Origin: Euryarchaeota archaeon UBA170
GTDB taxonomy: Archaea > Thermoplasmatota > Poseidoniia > Poseidoniales > Thalassarchaeaceae
Length of the DNA stretch: 41,684 nt
Direction: 5' to 3'
NCBI GenBank assembly: GCA_002499345.1
Contig: DALF01000034.1
Location: 1 to 41,684, forward strand
Below the pieces are notes generated by a model, which searched no databases, was not told the DNA's origin, and saw only the letters and a program-made list of their open reading frames with translations. A program made the position numbers and the translations under genes. Positions 27,495 to 36,123 of this stretch are shown here, in pieces. Positions within the stretch are counted from its first letter, which is position 1. The number at the start of each line of letters is the position of its first letter.

Positions 27495-28477
27495 GAGGTT
27501 TTTGGAATAGGGATTCCTTCCCTATGCCAACTCTCAATAGTTGGAAAATCCGCAGGTAGCCATTTTACATCTAAGAGCTCATCTTGTGAAAGCCATCGCG
27601 ATTCGTCGTGCTCCATAAGGACTATCTCATCGTTATCGACGATCCCACAGTCAAAAATATGAAGATTGACATCTCTGTCTTGGTATCTGTGATTGATTTC
27701 ACAAACCTTGGATCTAGGCATAATTGGCAGTCCGAGCTCTTCTTCAATCTCCCTAGACAATGCATCTTTCAGTGACTCTTCTCCTTCCACCTTCCCACCT
27801 GGGAACTCCCACCATCCAGACCATGCGTCTCCTTTGGGCCTCATACAGGCCAGGATACTGCCTTTCTGATTTCTAATCATAGCTCCAACAACTATCATCT
27901 TTGGCCTTGTAACCATTATTCTGATTGATCTTAAGACAATCTCAGACTGTCTACTGAGAGGAATCTCCGTCATCTTTGGAAGATGGACAAAAAGTATGGG
28001 GACTTTGGAATGTGAGAATTTGGCCAAGGTCCTATAATATGTCTCGTTACACACATATGATCCAGCACTATCACTCCATTTTACATCCGGATCGTCTTCA
28101 AATTCCTCATCAAAATTATGAATGCTCACAGTGGTTTCTATTCTATCGGAGAAATTTTCAATAATCTTACTTTTTTTGATTAGCCTACCTGAATTGTCAG
28201 GAGACTGCATTGAAATAATATTTGTTGCAAATCTCTCTAGACGGACCTTCTCGGAATTCCTAGACAGTCCCAAATGAAGTACTGCATCGAATTTTCCCTT
28301 TTTGAGAATATCCAGTGATTCTACTGTTCCTCTTTGATCCACAGATAGAATCTTAGTGGTAATTTCGATATTGCCCATATCTACGTTTGAGATCATATCT
28401 ACGATCTCCGAGGACTCATTTATCGCCAAGTCAGAAAATGGTTCGAAACCAGTTAGTAGAACTCTCTTGCGTTTCAT
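27491..28477 (-). CDS. Fusion of pyroglutamyl-peptidase I (C15) and MutT-like Nudix hydrolase
   Basis: VLLTGFEPF, VRLERFATN (Glu), SAGSYVCNETYY (Cys), FVHLP (His), followed in frame by WEFPGGKVEGEESLKDALSREIEEELG (Nudix box) and WLPAD. Confidence 0.88.
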   Translation of the reverse strand: MKRKRVLLTGFEPFSDLAINESSEIVDMISNVDMGNIEITTKILSVDQRGTVESLDILKKGKFDAVLHLGLSRNSEKVRLERFATNIISMQSPDNSGRLIKKSKIIENFSDRIETTVSIHNFDEEFEDDPDVKWSDSAGSYVCNETYYRTLAKFSHSKVPILFVHLPKMTEIPLSRQSEIVLRSIRIMVTRPKMIVVGAMIRNQKGSILACMRPKGDAWSGWWEFPGGKVEGEESLKDALSREIEEELGLPIMPRSKVCEINHRYQDRDVNLHIFDCGIVDNDEIVLMEHDESRWLSQDELLDVKWLPADFPTIESWHREGIPIPKTS

Positions 28478-28561
28478 GAACTATGCGCATGGGTACCAAG
28501 AGTTGTCTTTTTGGGTCTGTTAGCAGTCACATTCATTCATATCAGCTTCTTCCAACGTACA

Positions 28562-28888
28562 ATGGAGCACGAATACGTAGTGATTCTTCCTGTGGAAGAG
28601 GAGGAGGACGAGGTTACTGCCTTGGGCGTAATTAGGGTGATATGGAGAGAGTTAAGCGGGGGGATTGGGCCTTGGGGAGCCCTGAGGCCATTGGTTGCAG
28701 TTTTGCTGTCCCTCATCCCGTTTCTATTCCTCGGACAGCACTTCAATCGGCAACATAGCAAGTCGATTGGTTGGTTCGTAATACAATTCCCACTAATACT
28801 ATCGATTTTTCTCTGGCCGGTCCTATTCGTCTGGTCGGTAATTGATGCTTGGTGGGTCTCTAGTGGAATTGTCGCTGGGACGAGATAG
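28562..28888 (+). CDS. Small hypothetical membrane protein
   Basis: ATG 28562 preceded by TTCAT boxes; 2-3 hydrophobic helices; SLIPFLFLGQHFN resembles TM2-like motifs. Confidence 0.7.
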   Translation: MEHEYVVILPVEEEEDEVTALGVIRVIWRELSGGIGPWGALRPLVAVLLSLIPFLFLGQHFNRQHSKSIGWFVIQFPLILSIFLWPVLFVWSVIDAWWVSSGIVAGTR

Positions 28889-29380
28889 TCAGAAATCCTC
28901 GGGAAGTTGAAGTGGACTGAAAAGATGTCCTGGACTAGTTGATTTAGTTAACTGTGACCTGATTATATGTTCCCAGTCTCTAAGTACAGCTAGTGCTGGA
29001 ACAAAGGGTAACTCAGTCTCATTCAGTATTGTTCGAATTATGGTATCAAGGATATCCATCCTATCTTGGTCGACAGATTCCAATATCCTCTCCAGAGGGA
29101 ATGAGTCCATTACGGGTATTTCATCGGATGATTCTACAGCTCTAGGAGTTAGTAGCTCTTGAGGGAGTTCCTCGTTACTAATTGACGCGGTTTCTTCGAG
29201 TCTTTTCACTAGTATCCGAATATACTTTGAAATTACTAGTGACACTTCAATTACTGGCTGCCCGTATTGGTTGATGAAATTGACCATGTTCTCTTGTAGA
29301 AACAGAAGCTTGTCCTCGACAGGAGAAGAAGGGCTAGGAATTTGTCCATCTTTTTCGTCCATAACTATTCCCATGGGCAT
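28889..29380 (-). CDS. Hypothetical acidic helical protein with an apparent internal duplication
   Basis: 12 nt downstream of the giant repeat gene on the same strand; fills the gap exactly to a convergent stop. Confidence 0.7.
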   Translation of the reverse strand: MPMGIVMDEKDGQIPSPSSPVEDKLLFLQENMVNFINQYGQPVIEVSLVISKYIRILVKRLEETASISNEELPQELLTPRAVESSDEIPVMDSFPLERILESVDQDRMDILDTIIRTILNETELPFVPALAVLRDWEHIIRSQLTKSTSPGHLFSPLQLPEDF

Positions 29381-29392
29381 TTATTGAAATTA

Positions 29393-32300
29393 CTAGGTTG
29401 ATCTATCGTCATATCTTATTGGCGATCCGCTGTTTCCCCTTATGCCGTCTAATAAGTCGTCCTCAATTTCGAAATGATCATTCAACCAATCACCATCTGT
29501 ATCCCAATTTTTGGGATCCGTGCCGTCGGCGGTCTGATCACCATCTATATCCAGTATCCACCAACCAAATACATACTCGCCAAGGAAGATATTTGGAAGA
29601 TGATACTGATCTCCTGCAATCCTGTTGAATGAGTCTGTCCACTCCCCATTAAGTGAAGTAAAGTCATTACTACTATCCACATTCTCATATTCCAAGTCAA
29701 AATCATTAATCACTAATGCATAGAGATCATCATTATCGTTAATCTTATTCATCCTGAAATAATTAGTAGATATTGACGAGCTTCCCGAACATGTACCTAG
29801 GAGGCTCTCCCTCAGTTGCCACCATTCCGACACTGGCTCCCCTGTACAGTCGACAAGATTTGAATCTCTGACCAATGAAGGAGAAGACATCGAAGCATTG
29901 ACGACGCCGAAGTATTCTTGGAAGTTATTGTAGGGCTGGTAGACACAACTCCCACCAGAGCAATCCCATGCACCATCGTTGTCCGCGTCCTGGCCGGCAT
30001 CAGAGGGATCTGTCGGATCATGGGTAAACCATGCCCATTCCAATAATGGCCTAGTAATCACGCCATTTGAAACCTGAACTGGCTTCCAAACGACTGAAGT
30101 TACTTGATGCCAAACGACTGAAATCTGCAGCAAAGATGACCAGTTATCATTAGTCTCGTTCCAACCCCTGTAATACTCATAGAAGTCCGGCATCATATCT
30201 CCATCTGTATCATTATCCAATGGATTTGTTCCATACTTAAACACCTCTCTTCCATCCGATAAATTAGAATCTCTGACATAAGATGTGACAATGCCATTGC
30301 TGAATACTGGACTCATTACAGTAGAGTCATCATCGCTATCATCATCAAGTGGATGGGTACCATTATTGTACTCCATCAAATTCGAGAAAAGCAGAGGCTG
30401 TACCCCTTGGGATATCTGGCCTTCTGGGGAGTACTCTGTGAACTGTCTAGATTCCCATCCGCCTTGAGCTGCAGGAATATCTGTGATTTCCCTATCAAAC
30501 CATCCATCTGAGTCTGGATCATAATTTATGTCCAGCGGATTTATTGGATTTAGTGACCATCTGAAATCATTTACAGGAAGGAACTCCCCGTATATTGAAT
30601 AGCAGAATTCCCAGCCATCTGGCATCCCATCAAGATCTGAATCACCGTCAGTCGGATCACTCACACCGGCTAAGCTGATATTGAAATTATCGGGATATAC
30701 AGAATTTATTAGCCCCATTCTATCAGATGATTCCAAGCTCTTGCTTCTGAACATATCATACATCTGTCCAAAAGCGGCATCATATGACATTCCCTCTTCT
30801 CCGATAAATGCATTAATTGCGTCAGCACCATATGAGACAAGACCAGTCTCATTTGGAATTGTATCAACTGCTATTTTCTTACCATAAACCCTTGACTCGA
30901 ATTCGGCTAGATTGTCGAATGATTCAGAGTCAGAGATTTGGCCATTACCATCGCAGTCATAGGAATCTTCATCGGAGTCCCTAGAAACATCGGATCCAGT
31001 TAATGGATTCATTTCCCATATATTTTGCTCTAGGTTCCACTGTGTGAACCAATACTCATAACCGTCACTCATCCCATCCCTATCGGTATCAACGTCATTA
31101 GGGTCAGAAATACCTAGAAGAGAGGATAGTAATGGTTTTGCAGGACTCCCTGAAAGCCAGTCCTGGTACTGCTCCATGGCTAATTGGGCCTTTCCTTCCT
31201 TTCCAAATAATATTCTGAATACCCTATTGTTGGCCTCAGAAGGATCGATTGAGTCTGCCTCTTCCCACATTCTAGGCGCGTCGGGAGGGGAGAGTCCTCC
31301 ATTGGCTGGATTATTATTGGTGAGGTTGAGTTCGACTTGATCCGTAATCCCATCCAAATCCGAATCATAGTATCCGTCACCGGCCACTAGAGGATTTAAT
31401 GTCCACACAGAATCAGTTGAGTTCCACCTTGTGAAGATTAATTCGATCCCATCCAGTAGGCCATCGCCATCCGTATCGGGATTATTGGGGTCGGCAGTGA
31501 GGCCTGTTAAATTCTTCTGGTCGTCAGAAAGGAAGTATCCGAATGAGTATGTTGATTCTGCGGAAAGCCAAGGTGTCGGAAGTAATTCCCCCCCTACACT
31601 AAGTAAGTAGAATTGAGGGGACGTCACTAGAGAATCTGTCTCACTGAGATTCCCATCTATTGAATTGTACTCTTCCCAATTATTCATCCCATCGCCATCT
31701 GGATCTCCATCTTGATCTCTTTCATCCACTGGATTTAGGGTCCACTGTTCATCAAATAGGCCCCATCTTGAGTGGTAGAATTCCCAGCCATCTGGCATAC
31801 CATCTCTGTCCGAGTCCGAAGACAATGGATTTCCAGAACCTACGTCCTCAGTAGTGGTCCCATTAACTAGGCTGAGATATCCCGTACTGGTATATTCACC
31901 GAATGATCCAGGAGCAAGTCCCTGCCACGAAGGGTGCGATAGATTAGTAGAAAATCCATCGGGGAATATCATACCAGACTCTGTTACATCGTTGTAAATT
32001 ATCTGATCTTTCAAGTGATATTCAAGCCAGTTTACCAACTGTTCATCCATGGATAACGTGCCGTCCATGTTAATATCGTATCCATCGCCATCGGGGTTAT
32101 TGAGAGCGTCAGAACCATTCAGTGGATTGATTCCCTTGTTATCCTTATTCCAAGAGCAGGTATATCTCGCCTCCCACCCATCAGGGAGAGTATCTCCGTC
32201 TGAATCAATATTATTGGGATCTGTGGGGACCCATGAGAGTGCCGACTCATTGGACTCTCCATGGGAGGGCAATCCTTCCCTGATAACATCGTCAATAATC

Positions 32301-35131
32301 TCACCCCACCTGTACTCACAAAGATTGGACAATCCATCGCCATCAGCATCTTCTTCTGCATCGTTGGGATCTCTTGGATCTAGTGTCCAGAGATTTCCAC
32401 CAGTGTAGATGTCTCCAATCCACCTCCTATTCTCGATCTCCCAGCCATCTGGCATTCCATCTCCATCGGAGTCGGGATTGGTGGGATCAGTTGGACCATC
32501 TGTTCCGCCTCCCGCACCTGAGCCGAGCCACCCCTCCAGATGTACAGTCTCTGACTGTGACGATGAGTCATCACAAACATAATCATCATTCAGGTAGTGA
32601 CATGAAAATGATGTTGAGTCTAAGAACCAGCCCCAATATTCCTCACCGTCTGTTAGGCCATCTCCATCGGAGTCAATATTTCTGGGATCTGTCCCATTCG
32701 TACCAAACTGTGAGGAGTTTACATATCTAAACTCCTCTAAGTTACTCCATTCGCGGATAAAAATAGTTCCATCGATTAGGGGGAAGCTTACTCCATCTGC
32801 ATCAGCATCCCTCTCTCTATCGAAAGGATCCGTTGGATCTAAACCATGTACGAATTCCCAGCCATCTGGCATACCATCAAAATCTGAGTCTTCGGATAAT
32901 GGGTCTATTGGCATGATATTCATGTATCTTCCCGGCGATGAGCCAGAGAAAATCCAGTCTTCACCTTCGTTCTCCATTGAAACGAGATTAGTGACTAATC
33001 CTGGCATCCTAGTCTGATTCATATAGAGTCCCAAAACACCTGTATATCCTCCTTCGAGGCACCATGTTCCGTCCCTGGAGCCTAAAACTACCATACCCTC
33101 GATTGCTAAGACTGATCTGATGTCATTCGCACCCTCTGTCCAGCGATCAGAATTGAACATCCTATCATTACTTATCGAAGATCTCGGCATCTGTAGGAAG
33201 ATGGATAGATCAATCAGGTGAAGCCCCCCCGCCGTCCCCATCCATACGCCAGTAACTTCTCCAAGTTCTCCGTTTTCTAAAATAGGCCCGGCAGGCTCCA
33301 AAACATTCACTACTGCGGATTTAGATTCATTCAGTATGTCTGCCATTCTAACGAATGTTTCTGCATCCTCCAGATCAAAAACCCACCAAGGTTCGCCGGC
33401 CGAGGTAACTCCATCGGTGGTATTCCATGCAATCAGTCCTGAATTAGTGGCGACCATGAGCAAAGGGCCCCTTCCCTGCATTGGCACTTGGATTACATCA
33501 TTGGCGGAAACCTCAGAATCAGAAAGGGCCTGTGACAACGGTACGGTTAGGATTTCTGAGCCCACACTTACTGAGCGCCCCCCGCTCCAACAATCGCCGC
33601 TAGATCCTTCTTCTGAAACACTGACAGTCCATGCCTTTTGGTGGCCGAAAATCATCAAATCCAAATTATCACCACCAGTGTCCAATTCTATCATTGACAC
33701 GACGTGTCCGATTTCAGATTCTGAAATTGAAGACATTATCGGGAGTCCGTTCTCCATTGAAACACAGTGGACGCCAAGGTTTGTTCCAATTATCAGGAAA
33801 TCTGACGTACCTCCCGGTGACCACCTAACCATTGAAGTCATCTCCAATCCAGAGCGGAGACTGTGTATAGAAGAAATTCCTCCAAAGGGATCTAGTGCGG
33901 TAACTCCGTATTTGGAGCCGACAATTATCCTTTGTTGCTCACTATCTTTGATCATTGTATGTACTGCTGCATCGACTAGTTGCGGTTGTGTGGATTGATC
34001 GAACAGAAGTATTGATTCATCGTGACTAGTTCCAGCTGTTCCCCTAATGCCTGGTTTTACCCATGATCCCTCATCATAGTGAACCATGTACTCTTCGTAG
34101 TTGCTAAACGCCTCACCCCATGCGGCTGTGGAAGTGGAAGTGTCGGGTATTACGAAGCCGTCTCCATCCAAATCCCATCCATCGTTATCGGAATCTATTA
34201 TGGCATCACTAGCATTCCTGGGATCTAATCCGTAATGTGCCTCCCACCCGTCAGGTATTCCATCACCGGGAATGATTAGTCCGGTGGCTAGTAAGTCTGA
34301 CCACGAGTAATAGTCAGAATCTGAGCGTGTCGGGTCAGTACCCAGCCACCCATCATCTCCTGTCGGCCTCGCTATGGAGTCTTGACAGGCGTTTTCACTC
34401 AATCCAGGTATCGTGCCGGCGCACCAAAGTCCATCCCTCTCAGTAATCCAATTCTGAGGAGTGCCGAAAGAGTACTCTTCTGAATTTGAATAACTTTCGG
34501 TTACATCTATGTCGCCATCCCTATTTACGTCAAATCCATCTCCACAGCCAAAACTAAAATCATCACATCTGTCTATATCTTCTATACTGTCAGATGGATC
34601 AAGAGGATCGAACCAAAGGCATGTCCATGCATTTGTCGCATTAAGATAACCCAGTCCGCCTTCTGTGCACATATGGATCTCATACCCATCGGGTAGTCCG
34701 TCCCCATCGGTATCCGAGGAGGTAGGGTCAAGATACTCCCTATTTCCTGATTCAGTCAATTCTGGAGGCTTTCCAGTTAGTGAGAGTCTATCGGTAAAGC
34801 ATTTGTCGAGAGTGTATGGCCAGCAATATTCCAGTAGTGCTACCGCCCCATCCCTATCGTGATCAGACATGTTATCAGTACCGTTGTTCAAATCTAGTCC
34901 GAGTACTTCGAAGCTTCCTTCAGGAGTGTCGAAAACTATGTCAACACCATATATTGCCTCATATTGATCAGGGATCCTATCCTCATCTGCATCCGTAGCA
35001 GGAGGGGCGCCTCCCTTTGCATCTGTAGGATTGGTAGAGTCGACTGGAGACTGGGGCCTAGTCTGAGAAACAAAAGCTAGACTGCTGAGTAAAAGTAGCA
35101 CGATAAATGCCGCGGTTTGCTTTCTTCTCAT
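29393..35131 (-). CDS. Giant secreted Ca-binding repeat protein (DxDxDG / bacterial TSP3-like repeats) with an inserted beta-propeller-like domain
   Basis: N-terminal signal or anchor MRRKQTAAFIVLLLLSSLAFV; about 25 D-x-D-x-D-G-x-x-D/N-x-x-E loops (e.g. DSDGDGMPDGWE) alternating with L(D/N)P motifs. Confidence 0.85.
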   Translation of the reverse strand: MRRKQTAAFIVLLLLSSLAFVSQTRPQSPVDSTNPTDAKGGAPPATDADEDRIPDQYEAIYGVDIVFDTPEGSFEVLGLDLNNGTDNMSDHDRDGAVALLEYCWPYTLDKCFTDRLSLTGKPPELTESGNREYLDPTSSDTDGDGLPDGYEIHMCTEGGLGYLNATNAWTCLWFDPLDPSDSIEDIDRCDDFSFGCGDGFDVNRDGDIDVTESYSNSEEYSFGTPQNWITERDGLWCAGTIPGLSENACQDSIARPTGDDGWLGTDPTRSDSDYYSWSDLLATGLIIPGDGIPDGWEAHYGLDPRNASDAIIDSDNDGWDLDGDGFVIPDTSTSTAAWGEAFSNYEEYMVHYDEGSWVKPGIRGTAGTSHDESILLFDQSTQPQLVDAAVHTMIKDSEQQRIIVGSKYGVTALDPFGGISSIHSLRSGLEMTSMVRWSPGGTSDFLIIGTNLGVHCVSMENGLPIMSSISESEIGHVVSMIELDTGGDNLDLMIFGHQKAWTVSVSEEGSSGDCWSGGRSVSVGSEILTVPLSQALSDSEVSANDVIQVPMQGRGPLLMVATNSGLIAWNTTDGVTSAGEPWWVFDLEDAETFVRMADILNESKSAVVNVLEPAGPILENGELGEVTGVWMGTAGGLHLIDLSIFLQMPRSSISNDRMFNSDRWTEGANDIRSVLAIEGMVVLGSRDGTWCLEGGYTGVLGLYMNQTRMPGLVTNLVSMENEGEDWIFSGSSPGRYMNIMPIDPLSEDSDFDGMPDGWEFVHGLDPTDPFDRERDADADGVSFPLIDGTIFIREWSNLEEFRYVNSSQFGTNGTDPRNIDSDGDGLTDGEEYWGWFLDSTSFSCHYLNDDYVCDDSSSQSETVHLEGWLGSGAGGGTDGPTDPTNPDSDGDGMPDGWEIENRRWIGDIYTGGNLWTLDPRDPNDAEEDADGDGLSNLCEYRWGEIIDDVIREGLPSHGESNESALSWVPTDPNNIDSDGDTLPDGWEARYTCSWNKDNKGINPLNGSDALNNPDGDGYDINMDGTLSMDEQLVNWLEYHLKDQIIYNDVTESGMIFPDGFSTNLSHPSWQGLAPGSFGEYTSTGYLSLVNGTTTEDVGSGNPLSSDSDRDGMPDGWEFYHSRWGLFDEQWTLNPVDERDQDGDPDGDGMNNWEEYNSIDGNLSETDSLVTSPQFYLLSVGGELLPTPWLSAESTYSFGYFLSDDQKNLTGLTADPNNPDTDGDGLLDGIELIFTRWNSTDSVWTLNPLVAGDGYYDSDLDGITDQVELNLTNNNPANGGLSPPDAPRMWEEADSIDPSEANNRVFRILFGKEGKAQLAMEQYQDWLSGSPAKPLLSSLLGISDPNDVDTDRDGMSDGYEYWFTQWNLEQNIWEMNPLTGSDVSRDSDEDSYDCDGNGQISDSESFDNLAEFESRVYGKKIAVDTIPNETGLVSYGADAINAFIGEEGMSYDAAFGQMYDMFRSKSLESSDRMGLINSVYPDNFNISLAGVSDPTDGDSDLDGMPDGWEFCYSIYGEFLPVNDFRWSLNPINPLDINYDPDSDGWFDREITDIPAAQGGWESRQFTEYSPEGQISQGVQPLLFSNLMEYNNGTHPLDDDSDDDSTVMSPVFSNGIVTSYVRDSNLSDGREVFKYGTNPLDNDTDGDMMPDFYEYYRGWNETNDNWSSLLQISVVWHQVTSVVWKPVQVSNGVITRPLLEWAWFTHDPTDPSDAGQDADNDGAWDCSGGSCVYQPYNNFQEYFGVVNASMSSPSLVRDSNLVDCTGEPVSEWWQLRESLLGTCSGSSSISTNYFRMNKINDNDDLYALVINDFDLEYENVDSSNDFTSLNGEWTDSFNRIAGDQYHLPNIFLGEYVFGWWILDIDGDQTADGTDPKNWDTDGDWLNDHFEIEDDLLDGIRGNSGSPIRYDDRST

Positions 35132-35201
35132 GATATAGCCCCAACTAAGTAGTCTTCAACGTCCTCGGTTGACTTATGATGATGATGGAGCGTCGTTCGG
35201 A

Positions 35202-35220
35202 CATTGATTCAAAATCAATG
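35202..35220. promoter_or_regulatory. Perfect 8-3-8 inverted repeat between divergent genes, candidate operator
   Basis: CATTGATT-CAA-AATCAATG. Confidence 0.4.
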
Positions 35221-35316
35221 GTTTCGGAAGAGTCGATAATATCGGAAAAGAGCCTTAAAAATAATTATTATAGGATTTGTTCAAAGGTCGTCGTTATCCC
35301 CGTTGGGTCGAAAGCC

Positions 35317-36123
35317 ATGAGTATGAAGATTACTCACCTTGGAAGTGGGAGCAGAGGGAATTCAGTTCTCTTATCAACCAATGAATCTAATGTCTTGATA
35401 GACTGTGGATTTTCCCTGAAGAAGACTGAGGCGAGATTGGAAAAATTAGAAGTCAGGCCAACTGATATAGATTCCATACTTGTTACTCACCATCATTCTG
35501 ATCACTCGAAATCGGCCAAGAGGGCGGCAAAAAAATGGGGATCGAAATTAATCAGCAATGTAGAGACTGCCAAAAGAATGGAGTGGGAGGGGTCGGAGAG
35601 TCTCCTTTTGTTCTCAGAATTGGAAAGAATAGATGCTGGTGCCGATATAAGCTTGCTAACCATACCCGTCCCTCACGATGATGCCAATAATGTAGCTGTA
35701 ATTGCTTGTGACGACCAAGGGAGGAGGGCGGCCATAGTTACTGATCTGGGAGAGGTTACTGCTGAGTTATCATCTCATCTCAAGAAATGTGGACATATTT
35801 CCATAGAGTCCAATTACGATCATGACAGGCTAATGAAGGGGAACTACCCTGACTCATTAAAGAGAAGGATTTCCGGGAGAGGCGGGCACCTTTCCAATTC
35901 ACAGACTGCTTCGGCCCTAAGGGAGATTGTTAATCCAGGACTAAGTAGCATCGTACTCTGCCACCTCTCGGAGAGCAATAATCAGCCCCATATAGCAGAG
36001 AGTGAAGTCCTGATGGAAATTTGCGATAGTTTCGATGGGAGCTTATCGATTTCTAAACAAGAAGGACCGGAGTTTAGCAATTGGATAGGACAAATTGATT
36101 CGGAGAGATATTTGCCCAATTAA
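35317..36123 (+). CDS. MBL-fold metallo-hydrolase (YycJ/WalJ/PhnP-like)
   Basis: LGSGSRGNS, LIDCGFS, THHHSDH, VPHD, TDLG, IESNYD, GGHLSN, LCHLSESNN; start MSMKI at 35317. Confidence 0.9.
   Translation: MSMKITHLGSGSRGNSVLLSTNESNVLIDCGFSLKKTEARLEKLEVRPTDIDSILVTHHHSDHSKSAKRAAKKWGSKLISNVETAKRMEWEGSESLLLFSELERIDAGADISLLTIPVPHDDANNVAVIACDDQGRRAAIVTDLGEVTAELSSHLKKCGHISIESNYDHDRLMKGNYPDSLKRRISGRGGHLSNSQTASALREIVNPGLSSIVLCHLSESNNQPHIAESEVLMEICDSFDGSLSISKQEGPEFSNWIGQIDSERYLPN

Noticed and set aside
33336-33998. 220-aa plus-strand ORF and the other short ORFs inside long genes
   Set aside because: Antisense shadows with no recognisable features.
29393-35131. Recurring DNA words (e.g. cccagccatctggcat) as a CRISPR or DNA repeat array
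   Set aside because: Irregular spacing; explained by the encoded MPDGWE protein repeats.
35176-35316. ATGATGATGATG as a C-box sRNA or as the start of the MBL gene
   Set aside because: No CTGA D box at a suitable distance; the MBL fold begins at MSMKI (35317), so the extension is likely intergenic.
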